Under the pieces are notes generated by a model that ran no database searches, was not told the DNA's origin, and worked only from the letters and a program-made list of their open reading frames with translations. The translations under genes were made by a program, and so were the position numbers. Of a stretch of DNA of 64,000 nt, positions 38,314 through 47,631 are shown piece after piece (position 1 is the stretch's first letter; each line of letters opens with the position of its first letter). Source of the stretch: Candidatus Nomurabacteria bacterium RIFCSPLOWO2_01_FULL_39_18 (GTDB lineage Bacteria > Patescibacteriota > Minisyncoccia > Phycocordibacterales > UBA9973); assembly GCA_001787005.1 (NCBI GenBank), contig MFUV01000005.1:2764-66763 (forward strand), written 5' to 3'.

Positions 38314-38851
38314 ATTTTTCAATATACTCCAACGAGTCTGGGGTAGAAGCGAGATGAAGTGATTTCAGATCCATCGCAACTCTGCCCAAAATTTCCACTT
38401 CTGCGCAGTTTTCCGCAAGGTGTCTGAATTTTTCAAAAAGCACCCTAAGGTTAGTTTTCTCTTCTTCAAAAACTTGCGTAAATTCTTCCACTGCTTCGTT
38501 TAAGGGTGCTTCGTCTTCATATAGTTGAGCGTAAAGCGCCATACCTCCTAATCTGATTTCGGGTTCTTTTGGCACAAGCTGAGGTCCTTGCTGTTTATTT
38601 TTTATAGCCATACGTCGCTTGTATTCTTTATATTCACTCTCTCTAAACATTTCACGGGGCGTCACTTTTTCTTTTGTTGCAAAATATTTTTTTGCTACAG
38701 ATTGAATATCTCCCAGCGAATCCAAGCATATAGACTTGACAATATCTAAGACAACCAGAATTTCCATTCTAGCTTCTGTTGTCTTCTCTTCTCTCCTTCT
38801 GTCTTCTTTACTGATACTTACAACCTTTTTCCCGCTAATTCCGTTTTCCAT
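38267..38851 (-). CDS. Hypothetical protein
   Basis: Long ORF; ATG at 38851 (MENGISGK) more plausible than 38893. Confidence 0.65.
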   Translation of the reverse strand: MENGISGKKVVSISKEDRRREEKTTEARMEILVVLDIVKSICLDSLGDIQSVAKKYFATKEKVTPREMFRESEYKEYKRRMAIKNKQQGPQLVPKEPEIRLGGMALYAQLYEDEAPLNEAVEEFTQVFEEEKTNLRVLFEKFRHLAENCAEVEILGRVAMDLKSLHLASTPDSLEYIEKFKERLEEMFEQVPKG

Positions 38852-39002
38852 AAAATTAATTATAAGTTTACCCGTACACCTAGCATAAGTCAAAGTTAAG
38901 TGTGCGGGTTTGATGCATTTAACGGCTTTTTCTGTTACCTTGACTTTTGTACTGATTAAACATATACTATAAAAGTATTATAAGTTAATATTATATAATC
39001 AT

Positions 39003-39224
39003 ATGTCTACAATATCTGTGCCTTTAAATCCTAAACTAGAGGCGTCATTGGATAATTTAATAAGATCTGGCTTTAGAGACAATAAAGCCGCAGTTATGCG
39101 AGAAGCTCTGTCTCGTCTTGCTGAGGAGGAGGCAATTCAAGTTGTACTTCGGGCTGAACAGGAAATATCACAAGGTAAAGGATTACGAGGAGATTTAAGA
39201 GATCTGATGAAAAAAATAAAATAA
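39003..39224 (+). CDS. Antitoxin, ribbon-helix-helix (ParD/RelB-like)
   Basis: MSTISVPL...NKAAVMREAL; directly upstream of RelE-type toxin. Confidence 0.8.
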   Translation: MSTISVPLNPKLEASLDNLIRSGFRDNKAAVMREALSRLAEEEAIQVVLRAEQEISQGKGLRGDLRDLMKKIK

Positions 39225-39225
39225 A

Positions 39226-39486
39226 ATGCTTGAGCTCACTTATGCCCCGATCTTTATTAAAGAATTCAAAAAACCAGAAGCATTTTTACAGGAGGAGGTT
39301 AAAGAAAAAATAGAATTATTTAAAGACTCATCGAACCATAAACAATTAAGAGTTCATAAACTAAAAGGTCCCATGAAAGACAGATACAGTTTTTCTGTAA
39401 GTTACAGTTTCCGAGTTGTTTTTTCCTATGCCTCAAAAACAAGAGTCAATATTTTATCACTTGGTGACCACGACATTTATGATTAA
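39226..39486 (+). CDS. RelE/YafQ-family mRNA interferase toxin
   Basis: LRVHKLKG...YSFSV..SFRVVF...GDHDIY. Confidence 0.85.
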   Translation: MLELTYAPIFIKEFKKPEAFLQEEVKEKIELFKDSSNHKQLRVHKLKGPMKDRYSFSVSYSFRVVFSYASKTRVNILSLGDHDIYD

Positions 39487-39507
39487 GTGGCGGAAGTTTC
39501 TGCTTGC

Positions 39508-40581
39508 CTACAAAAGCTTACTTTGTTTTTCTTTCACCTTAACCCCCAGATGTTCGTACGCCTTCTTGGTAGCCACCCGGCCGCGAGCAGTGCGCTCGAG
39601 GAGTCCAAGCTGGATTAAATATGGCTCTATTACTTCTTCCACTGTCGCTTCTTCCTCAGACATCGCTGCTCCGATAGTTTTCAATCCCACCGGTCCGCCA
39701 CCGAATTTCTTAATTAATATTTCCAGAAATTTTCTATCAGAAGGATCTAAGCCGAGTTCATCAATCGCCAGCATGGCAAGGGCACTTTTCGTTGTTTCTT
39801 TACTTATGGTTTTTTTGCCTGCCCCGTAGGAAGCAAGATTCCCTTCGGGGTGAACTTGAGCAAAGTCTCGGACTCGTTTTAAGAAATAGTTAGCCGTGCG
39901 GGGAGTGAACCTGCTTCGTTTAGCTATCTCTTCCAGAGCGCCACTGTCTAATTTTGCCTTAAGTAATTTACTAGATCTTTCTATTATTTTTTCAATCTCT
40001 TTATTTGAGTAAAATTCCAGCCTGAAAACTCCACCAGAGAATCTTGATCGTAGCGGTGAAGAAATCAAAGCTACTCGGGTGGTAGCCGCTATCAAGGTGA
40101 AAGGGGGGAGATCTAATTGAATTGTTCTGGCAGATGGTCCCTTGCCGAGGATGATATCTAGAACTCCAGACTCCATGGCAGGGTAGAGTATTTCTTCAAC
40201 CATTTTATTGAGTCGATGGATTTCATCAATGAAAAGGATATCGCCCGGGGATAAATTTGTAAGAATGGAAGCCAAGTCACCCACTTTCACGATTGCTGGT
40301 CCGGAAGTGATTTTTATTTGTCGGTTGGTTTCCTTGGCAATCAGATGAGCCAAGGTGGTTTTACCTAGACCTGGGGGACCATAGAAAAGAATGTGTTCTG
40401 GTATATGTCCGCGCTCTTTGGCAGCTTGTAAAAGAATTTTGACGTTATCCTTTATGTGTTTTTGGCCTATATACTCATCAAAACGCGTAGGACGCAAGGT
40501 CTGGTCCAAAAAAGAATCTTCAGATTTACTTGCCCCGCCCTGGCTTCTGGCGCTTGTTTCTTTGGTTATTTTGCTTGACAT
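39508..40581 (-). CDS. ruvB: Holliday junction helicase RuvB
   Basis: LRPTRFDEYIGQ, GPPGLGKTT, DEIHRL, RTARGR; palindromic inserts. Confidence 0.97.
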   Translation of the reverse strand: MSSKITKETSARSQGGASKSEDSFLDQTLRPTRFDEYIGQKHIKDNVKILLQAAKERGHIPEHILFYGPPGLGKTTLAHLIAKETNRQIKITSGPAIVKVGDLASILTNLSPGDILFIDEIHRLNKMVEEILYPAMESGVLDIILGKGPSARTIQLDLPPFTLIAATTRVALISSPLRSRFSGGVFRLEFYSNKEIEKIIERSSKLLKAKLDSGALEEIAKRSRFTPRTANYFLKRVRDFAQVHPEGNLASYGAGKKTISKETTKSALAMLAIDELGLDPSDRKFLEILIKKFGGGPVGLKTIGAAMSEEEATVEEVIEPYLIQLGLLERTARGRVATKKAYEHLGVKVKEKQSKLL

Positions 40582-40707
40582 TGATTTAATAATATGTTAT
40601 ACTACTTGTATGGTACATTTATCAACAGGGTATCAACAAGGCTATCAACATTATAGCATTTGTCGCTCTTCCCATATAGTAAAATGTATTTAGGAAGTTA
40701 TTTGATG

Positions 40708-40866
40708 AAAGAAGGCATTAATCTCTAAGCAATCAGCCACCGGTTATACGAGTTTGCATAGGACGTTCTGGTACTTTTATTAGTTCTCTGGCGCTATCCT
40801 ATAATAATTTGTTACTCTTCTAGCACAGCTAGGAAAGGATTGTTTAGAGATTAATGCTTTTTCTTT
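40708..40866. ncRNA. Candidate structured ncRNA or hairpin element (~160 nt)
   Basis: Long imperfect closing stem aaagaaggcattaatctctaagcaatc / gattgtttagagattaatgctttttcttt with internal hairpin ttctagc-aca-gctagga. Confidence 0.35.
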
Positions 40867-40980
40867 GTGAGGAATAAAATATGAAAGTTTTAGAGCACGG
40901 ATATTTTTTTGCTAAAAAATTCCTCGTGCTCGCACCGTCGTGCTCCCAAGTCTCTAAAACTTTCATATTTTATTCCTCAC
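40867..40980. repeat. Element with 29-bp perfect IR overlapping the pilB stop codon
   Basis: gtgaggaataaaatatgaaagttttagag (40867-40895) / exact reverse complement (40952-40980). Confidence 0.88.
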
Positions 40981-42670
40981 TTAGATCCACCACACTTCGC
41001 ACTTCTTCGAGTGAAGTAATTCCATTTAATACTTTTACCAAACCATCCTGGCGCATTGAAAGTATCCCTTGATTGCGCGCCACTCTCTTGATTTCATGTT
41101 CACTCGGATTTTCAGGCATTATTTTCTCAACCGCTTCATTGGTTATAATCGCCTCAAAAATTCCTATTCTTCCATTGTAACCAGTTTTATTACATTTCTC
41201 ACAGCCGACTGGAGCGAAAAATTTAACAGGCGCGTCTGGGTTTATATTATAGCTTGTGAGGCTTTTGCCCTCATCTTTGATGCTATCCATCACTAGTTTT
41301 ACAGTTTTCGATTCCTCTTCAGTCGGCGTATATTCTTTCCTACAAAATGTGCAAAGAATACGCACCAAGCGCTGAGCCATGGAAAGGGACAGCGCTGAGA
41401 CCAAAATTTTTGGGTTCACTCCAAGGTCAATAAGACGCGGGATGACACCGGCGGCGTTGTTGGTGTGAAGTGTTGAGAAAACCATGTGGCCGGTCAAAGA
41501 CGACTGCACTGCGATTTCCGCTGTATCCCCGTCACGGATTTCTCCAACCATTATTACGTCTGGATCTTGCCGGAGTGCCGAGCGTAGTCCTTCAGGGAAA
41601 GTATAGCCTCTTTTCAGATTTATTTGGGTTTGAGTTATGCCAACTAAATGATACTCCACCGGATCTTCAATGGTGATTATATTTATTTCCGGTGAATAAA
41701 TTTTTCGCAAAAATGCGTAGAGAGTCGTAGTTTTACCAGAGCCCGTTGGACCCGTGACCAGAATCAAGCCGTTTGGTTTTTTGATTTGATCTTGGACGAT
41801 TTTAAAAAGGTATGGTTCAATTCCTAATTTTTCAAATTCCACCTGGATGGATTTCGGATCCAATATACGCATAACAATTGCTTCACCGTATGCACCGGGG
41901 ATTAAGGAAACACGGATATTTATTTCCTCATCTTTTTCCATAATATTGAAGCGCCCATCTTGGGCTACTTTTGAAGTTAACTTCATTCCCGAGAGGAGTT
42001 TAATGCGAGAATTAAGTAAGCGATACACATCAGATCCAAAAAAGTTTATATCCTGAAGCACCCCATCAAGCCGCAACCGCAGTCTGCTCCTGTCTTTCTC
42101 TGGTTCTATGTGCACGTCAGAAGCGCGAATCGCTATTGCTCCAGCTAAAATTATTTCGAGCAGACGAGAAATTCTATGAGTTTTATTCGCTTCCAAAGTT
42201 TCTACTACTAATTTTTCAATATCTTGGATGTGATGTATGTTCTTCGCCGTATTTGTTAAAATTTCTCCGGAAATATCTAAACCCCCGATTCTAGAACTTT
42301 CAGCCATTGAAAGCTCCTTATATCTTTCCCAGACCTTGTTTAGACTTGCGCTAGATGTCATATAGAAAGTCGGATTCAGATTTTTTCTTTCCATATCTTC
42401 TTTTAGTTTTTTAAAAAGATCCTCTGAAGGCGCGCGGACAGCTATATAGACGTTATCTCCGAACAGTTTAAAAGGTGCGACTTTCATCGCGATGGCGTCA
42501 GCCTCCGGAATCGCTCTCAAGGCTTCATTATCCACACCAATACGATGGAGATCAATATAGGGGAGACCGTATTTTGATTCGGCCAAAGTTGCTACTAGTT
42601 GCTCTTCCTCTTGTTTATGCAATTCTTCTAGTTGCCTATTTTGTTTTTCCTCATTAAAATCCTTTGCCAC
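40970..42670 (-). CDS. pilB: Type IV pilus/T2SS assembly ATPase PilB/GspE
   Basis: ASDVHIEP, GPTGSGKTT, LRQDPD, GHMVFSTLHTN, two CxxC; GTG start at 42670. Confidence 0.93.
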   Translation of the reverse strand: MAKDFNEEKQNRQLEELHKQEEEQLVATLAESKYGLPYIDLHRIGVDNEALRAIPEADAIAMKVAPFKLFGDNVYIAVRAPSEDLFKKLKEDMERKNLNPTFYMTSSASLNKVWERYKELSMAESSRIGGLDISGEILTNTAKNIHHIQDIEKLVVETLEANKTHRISRLLEIILAGAIAIRASDVHIEPEKDRSRLRLRLDGVLQDINFFGSDVYRLLNSRIKLLSGMKLTSKVAQDGRFNIMEKDEEINIRVSLIPGAYGEAIVMRILDPKSIQVEFEKLGIEPYLFKIVQDQIKKPNGLILVTGPTGSGKTTTLYAFLRKIYSPEINIITIEDPVEYHLVGITQTQINLKRGYTFPEGLRSALRQDPDVIMVGEIRDGDTAEIAVQSSLTGHMVFSTLHTNNAAGVIPRLIDLGVNPKILVSALSLSMAQRLVRILCTFCRKEYTPTEEESKTVKLVMDSIKDEGKSLTSYNINPDAPVKFFAPVGCEKCNKTGYNGRIGIFEAIITNEAVEKIMPENPSEHEIKRVARNQGILSMRQDGLVKVLNGITSLEEVRSVVDLSEE

Positions 42671-42679
42671 ACATAAAGT

Positions 42680-42722
42680 ATACCCCCACACTTATTTTAT
42701 TCAAAATAAGTGTGGGGGTATA
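42680..42722. repeat. Palindrome in the divergent pilB-polA promoter region
   Basis: tacccccacacttatttt-attc-aaaataagtgtgggggta; weaker relative near 52370. Confidence 0.75.
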
Positions 42723-42744
42723 CTTAAGTGGTATAATTTTCACA

Positions 42745-45135
42745 ATGAATAAAGACAAGAAAACACTGGTCCTGCTCGATGCTCACGCTATCATACATCG
42801 TGCTTATCATGCCTTGCCAGAGTTCTTGTCGTCGAAGGGCGAGCCCACTGGGGCGCTCTATGGACTCTCTACCATGCTGATGAAGATAATTGCTGATCTA
42901 AAACCCGATTACATCGTGGCTTGCTATGATTTACCGGACAAAACTTTTAGGCATGAAGCATATGATGGCTATAAAGCAGGCAGGGCGAAAACAGATGATG
43001 CGCTCATTTTGCAATTAAAAAACTCTCATCAGATTTTCGAAGCATTTAATATACCCCTCTATAATGCGCCAGGATTTGAAGCGGATGATGTGCTGGGGAC
43101 GATAGTAGAGAGATTCAAGGGGGACAAAGATCTGAACATCATCATTGCTTCTGGCGATATGGACACGATGCAGTTAGTCGATGATAAAAAAGTGCAGGTT
43201 TATACTTTGAAGAAAGGCATCAATGATACAATTTTATATGATGAAGAAAAGGTGGTGGAGAGATTTGGTTTTAAGCCCAAATTTTTGCCGGACTACAAGG
43301 GGCTACGTGGCGACCCATCGGATAACATCAAAGGCATTAAGGGAATCGGAGAAAAAACAGCGCAGACCCTGATAGTAAACTTCGGCACGATTGAAGAGAT
43401 TTATAAAAAAATAAAAAAAGATGAAAAATCTTTCACCATAGCCGGGGTTAGTCCTCGAATGATCGAGTTGGTAAAAAATAACGAAGAAGAAGCTTTATTT
43501 TCGAAAACTCTGGCGACAATCCGGACTAATGTGCCGATAGATTTTAAAATACCGGGAAAAACTTTTTGGGACAACGCTGATCTAAAAAAGATTGAACAAG
43601 TTTTCATATTATTTGAATTTCGTTCTTTATTTGCGCGTTTGAAAAGCTTTTTTAGAAAAAGTGGGAACGAAAACAGCTCTAACCAGCTTCTTTTTGTCGA
43701 AGAAAATAAGACGAACGAGAAAGATGTAGATCCGATTAAACTTCAAGAAGCTTCTATCGCGCTTTGGCTTATCAACTCGGATATCTCAAATCCAAGCTTA
43801 GAAGATATTTTACAATTTGCCAATACGGATGATTTTATTGTGGCATATGAGTATATTTTAAAAGAGCTAAAGGAGAAAAAACTAGATTTAGTATTCTCCG
43901 AAATAGAGAAACCCATTATGCACACAGTAAAAGAGATGGAAGACTACGGGATTCTGATAGATAAAAAATATTTTAAAAAATTATCTGATGAATATCATAG
44001 AGAATTAGATATATTGACGAAAAAAATTTACAAAATGGCTGGCATGGAATTTAATATAAATTCACCGAAACAATTAGGCGAAATTCTTTTCGATAAATTG
44101 GGCATGAAGTCAAGCAAAAAGAAAAACGCAAGTGGATCTTTCTCCACTAAGGTTTCTATTTTGGAAGAATTAGAAGATGAAAATGAGATCATAAAAGAGA
44201 TACTAGCCTATCGCGAACTCCAGAAATTGCTTTCTACTTACATTGATGTAATACCCAAGATGGTGGGGGAGGATGGCCGTCTACATGCGAAATTTCTGCA
44301 AAATGGGGCGACGACGGGTAGATTCTCTTCACAAGATCCAAATTTACAGAATCTGCCGATAAAAACTGAACTAGGCAGAAGGATCAGAAGCGGATTTGTA
44401 GCGACGCCTGGGCACAAACTTTGCGCTTTCGATTACAGTCAGATAGAGCTGCGGGTGGTGGCAATGCTCTCGGGAGATAAAAAGATGACGCAAATATTCC
44501 GTGAGGGGAAGGATATTCACGCGGGCGTAGCGTCTTTTGTATTCGGAGTACCTATTGAGAAGGTTGATAGTGAAATGCGCCGCAAAGCAAAAATAATAAA
44601 TTTTGGCATTATTTATGGCATGGGGATTTCTGCCCTGAAGAAGAACCTCAAAGGCACGCGCGAAGAAGCGCAAAAATTTCATAATAATTATTTTAATCAA
44701 TTCTCCGGCGTACGAGATTATTTAGAAGAGGTGAAAGCTTTCGCCCTTAAAAATCTCCACACTGAAACCCTATTCGGTCGGCGTCGATATTTCCCTAATA
44801 TAAATTCCAGAATCCCATTTTTGAAAAATATAGCAGAACGTACAGCTACCAATGCTCCGATTCAGGGCACAGCCACGGCTGACATCATTAAGCTTGCCAT
44901 TCGATATGCCGATGAAGATTTAGAGGCGGCAGGAATAAAAGATCGAGTTCATCTCATTCTCCAGATACACGATGAACTGGTATATGAAATACATGAAAGC
45001 GCGACAGAAAAAGCTTCCAAGATAATAAAAAAAGCGATGGAAGGGGTGCTGGAACGTTCATATCTTCATTTTAAAACAGACATCCCGCTAGTTGTTCATT
45101 CTAGTTCAGGGAATAATTTCGGAGAGGTGAAATAA
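42745..45135 (+). CDS. polA: DNA polymerase I
   Basis: 5'-3' exonuclease (FEADD, GDPSDNI), polymerase motifs DYSQIELR, KIINFGIIYG, QIHDEL; start MNKDKK at 42745. Confidence 0.96.
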   Translation: MNKDKKTLVLLDAHAIIHRAYHALPEFLSSKGEPTGALYGLSTMLMKIIADLKPDYIVACYDLPDKTFRHEAYDGYKAGRAKTDDALILQLKNSHQIFEAFNIPLYNAPGFEADDVLGTIVERFKGDKDLNIIIASGDMDTMQLVDDKKVQVYTLKKGINDTILYDEEKVVERFGFKPKFLPDYKGLRGDPSDNIKGIKGIGEKTAQTLIVNFGTIEEIYKKIKKDEKSFTIAGVSPRMIELVKNNEEEALFSKTLATIRTNVPIDFKIPGKTFWDNADLKKIEQVFILFEFRSLFARLKSFFRKSGNENSSNQLLFVEENKTNEKDVDPIKLQEASIALWLINSDISNPSLEDILQFANTDDFIVAYEYILKELKEKKLDLVFSEIEKPIMHTVKEMEDYGILIDKKYFKKLSDEYHRELDILTKKIYKMAGMEFNINSPKQLGEILFDKLGMKSSKKKNASGSFSTKVSILEELEDENEIIKEILAYRELQKLLSTYIDVIPKMVGEDGRLHAKFLQNGATTGRFSSQDPNLQNLPIKTELGRRIRSGFVATPGHKLCAFDYSQIELRVVAMLSGDKKMTQIFREGKDIHAGVASFVFGVPIEKVDSEMRRKAKIINFGIIYGMGISALKKNLKGTREEAQKFHNNYFNQFSGVRDYLEEVKAFALKNLHTETLFGRRRYFPNINSRIPFLKNIAERTATNAPIQGTATADIIKLAIRYADEDLEAAGIKDRVHLILQIHDELVYEIHESATEKASKIIKKAMEGVLERSYLHFKTDIPLVVHSSSGNNFGEVK

Positions 45136-45159
45136 ATATTTTTATAATATAATAAAGAA

Positions 45160-45549
45160 ATGGAAAAAGAAAATAAAAAACATGGCGTGTTATTAACAGT
45201 GTGGGTAGTTCTGATAATAATCATTAATGTTATTATCAGCGCAGGTTGGTTGTGGGAATCAATACATCCATATACGCCAGAGTCTACATCACTTTGGCTA
45301 ATATATGTTTATGTAATATCAGGATTCGTCAATGTTGTGTTTATAGTATTTTTATTCAGGTGGAAAAAATGGGCATTTTTTGCTTATTTTGGGAGTGTGG
45401 TTGTTGTTTTTATCTTGAATGTGATTAGTGGAAGGATAGAACTCATTAGTCTTCCATTTAGTCTTCCGTACGCGCTAGTTGGACCAGCCGTTCTTTATTG
45501 GATACTTCATTCCAAGACATTTTATTCTAAGTGGGACTTACTTGAATAA
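45160..45549 (+). CDS. Four-TM hypothetical membrane protein
   Basis: Hydrophobic segments, WKKWAF motif. Confidence 0.7.
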   Translation: MEKENKKHGVLLTVWVVLIIIINVIISAGWLWESIHPYTPESTSLWLIYVYVISGFVNVVFIVFLFRWKKWAFFAYFGSVVVVFILNVISGRIELISLPFSLPYALVGPAVLYWILHSKTFYSKWDLLE

Positions 45550-45574
45550 TTTTGGATAGGTAAAGTAACCAATA

Positions 45575-46317
45575 AGAGCTTTAGACTCTCACTGCGAGTT
45601 ATGATATAGTAAGATACATGCGGAAGGAACCACTAATAACGGGAGAGTATTACCATATTTATAATAGAGGCGTAGATAAGCGAGATATTTTTAATAATCT
45701 GAAAGATCTCGAGCGTTTTAAAGAAAGCATAAAACAATTTAATCAAATTGAAGGCATTGGTAGTTTAGAAATGTACAATAAATCAATAAGAGCTTTAGGC
45801 TCTCACCCCGACAGTTATCTGAAATTAAAATCAGAACCACTTGTGGCTATCATTGCTTTTTGTATCAACCCCAATCATTTTCATTTTCTTATTAAACAAC
45901 TTGTCGACGGCGGGATAGCTAAATTTTTTCAAAAACTTCAGGGTGGGTATACTTATTATTTTAATCAAAAAAACCAGAGATCGGGGGCACTACTTCAGGG
46001 GACTTTTAAATCTAAATTAATTAAAAATGATGATTATTTCAGAAAAACATTTGCATATGTAAATCAAAATTATTCTGTTCACAATATTCCTAAAAGCAAA
46101 CTTCCTTTTATTTTTGCAAGTGACACGGAATATGAAAGCGAGCTTTTTAATTTAGTGTCAAAGTCTGAAGGACAAAAGATGCTAGACATTTTTGAAGGTA
46201 AGAATAATCTTAAAAAACATTGTAAAGAAATTATATCAATTATTCGAGAAGAACGGGGGAAAACTTCCCTAGAAGAACCGGATGAATTATTTCAGTGAGA
46301 GTCTAAAGCTCTCACTG
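45575..46317. mobile_element. RAYT-like unit: HUH transposase flanked by inverted REP-like repeats
   Basis: agagctttagactctcactg (45575-45594) and its exact inverse (46293-46312); third copy inside the gene at 45784-45806. Confidence 0.85.
45618..46298 (+). CDS. REP-associated tyrosine (Y1 HUH, IS200-superfamily) transposase
   Basis: YYHIYNRG, NPNHFHFL (HUH), YFNQKNQRSGALLQGTFK, YVNQN. Confidence 0.9.
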   Translation: MRKEPLITGEYYHIYNRGVDKRDIFNNLKDLERFKESIKQFNQIEGIGSLEMYNKSIRALGSHPDSYLKLKSEPLVAIIAFCINPNHFHFLIKQLVDGGIAKFFQKLQGGYTYYFNQKNQRSGALLQGTFKSKLIKNDDYFRKTFAYVNQNYSVHNIPKSKLPFIFASDTEYESELFNLVSKSEGQKMLDIFEGKNNLKKHCKEIISIIREERGKTSLEEPDELFQ

Positions 46318-46364
46318 GGTGATCTTAAAGTTCTTGGGAGATGTTTTTGTGGTACAATACGAAA

Positions 46365-46835
46365 ATGGAAGTAGAAAATAAGAATCTCAATAAACACAAC
46401 ATACACAAGGTTCTGGCACATTCATACACAGCTTATTTCATCTTACTTTTAATAGGTGTTTATTTAGATTTTGTTTTCCAATTTAAAATTTTCCAAGACC
46501 CCGTAATGATACCCGTGGGCTTCCTTTTTTTAGTGTTTGCTACTGTCGTAATAATCTGGGCGCAAAAGACTGGGCGTGATTTAAGAAAAGTTGAGGAAGT
46601 AAAAACAGAGCATTTTTGCCGAGGACCATATTGTTATACCAGAACTCCGACACATTGGGGGCTCTTCTTCTTAGTATTAGGATTTGGGATTATCGCCAAT
46701 GCTCTATTCGTTATTTTATCTACGATTGTTTCTTTTATTATTTCTAAATTCATTTTTATAAAAAAACACGATGAAATTCTTGTAGAAAAATACGGGGATG
46801 CTTATTCAGAATATAAAAAGCTAGTTAAATTCTAA
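46365..46835 (+). CDS. Isoprenylcysteine carboxyl methyltransferase-like membrane protein
   Basis: GPYCYTRTPTHWG, EILVEKYGDAYSEYKK. Confidence 0.75.
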   Translation: MEVENKNLNKHNIHKVLAHSYTAYFILLLIGVYLDFVFQFKIFQDPVMIPVGFLFLVFATVVIIWAQKTGRDLRKVEEVKTEHFCRGPYCYTRTPTHWGLFFLVLGFGIIANALFVILSTIVSFIISKFIFIKKHDEILVEKYGDAYSEYKKLVKF

Positions 46836-46843
46836 AATACTTG

Positions 46844-46914
46844 TCCCGTACTAAATTTTTGATTATGACACATGACCATTATTAATAAAAACTTAAAATT
46901 TTAGTACCGGGATG
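46844..46914. repeat. CCCGTACTAAA element ending in GGG-ATG (holA start)
   Basis: tcccgtactaaattttt ... aaaattttagtaccgggATG. Confidence 0.85.
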
Positions 46915-47607
46915 ATTTATCTTTTTTCTGGCGATGATGTGAAGAATAAACACCTCTCTTACGAGAAGTTTATAAAATCCCTGCCTGCGCAGGCAGGTAT
47001 TCCAGCGAATACTGAAACCTTTTTTATAAACAGAAATGATTTTAATAGGAATCAGATAGAAAGTCTTTATTCTGGGTCAGGTCTTTTTTTCGAAGATTGC
47101 GTAGTGGTATTCCAAGATGTTTTCGAGAGAGAAGAAACTCGAGAATTTGTTTTAGAGAAGTTGGATTTAATGGGCAAATCTTCCAGCTCTTTTGTTTTTC
47201 TAGAAGGTAAATTAAATAAACCGATTCTAGATGCTTTCAAGAAAATCGAGCCAAAAAAACTCCAGATTAATATTTTCGAATTACCGAAAGAAAAAAAGGA
47301 GAAATTCAATAATTTTCTTCTAGCCAATGCTTTTGGAGTTAGAGATAAATTAAATCTTTGGATTTATTTCCGGCAAGCTGTCGACCTCGGGGTGGGGATG
47401 GAGGAGTTGATCGGAGTACTTTTCTGGAAAATCAAGGATATGCTAATAAAAAAAGATTTCCGCAAATTCTCCGAAGCAGAACTTAAAAATTCCGCCTCTC
47501 GCCTCTCCTACCTTTTACCAGAAGCCCGCAAGGCTAGTCGTGACGCCGAAGCAGTCTTTGAGCAGTTTTTGCTTGAAGCTTTTTTAAAGAGTACTATAAT
47601 TAAGTAG
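46912..47607 (+). CDS. holA: Truncated DNA polymerase III delta subunit-like protein
   Basis: MIYLFSGDD, SGLFFEDCVVVF, FNNFLLANAF; LPAQAG insert. Confidence 0.7.
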   Translation: MIYLFSGDDVKNKHLSYEKFIKSLPAQAGIPANTETFFINRNDFNRNQIESLYSGSGLFFEDCVVVFQDVFEREETREFVLEKLDLMGKSSSSFVFLEGKLNKPILDAFKKIEPKKLQINIFELPKEKKEKFNNFLLANAFGVRDKLNLWIYFRQAVDLGVGMEELIGVLFWKIKDMLIKKDFRKFSEAELKNSASRLSYLLPEARKASRDAEAVFEQFLLEAFLKSTIIK

Positions 47608-47631
47608 TCGGTATCGGGGGGTGTAAAAATC

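Noticed and set aside
42664-42744. Extended overlapping N-termini of polA and pilB
   Set aside because: They read through an intergenic palindrome; the recognisable domains start at 42745 and about 42670.
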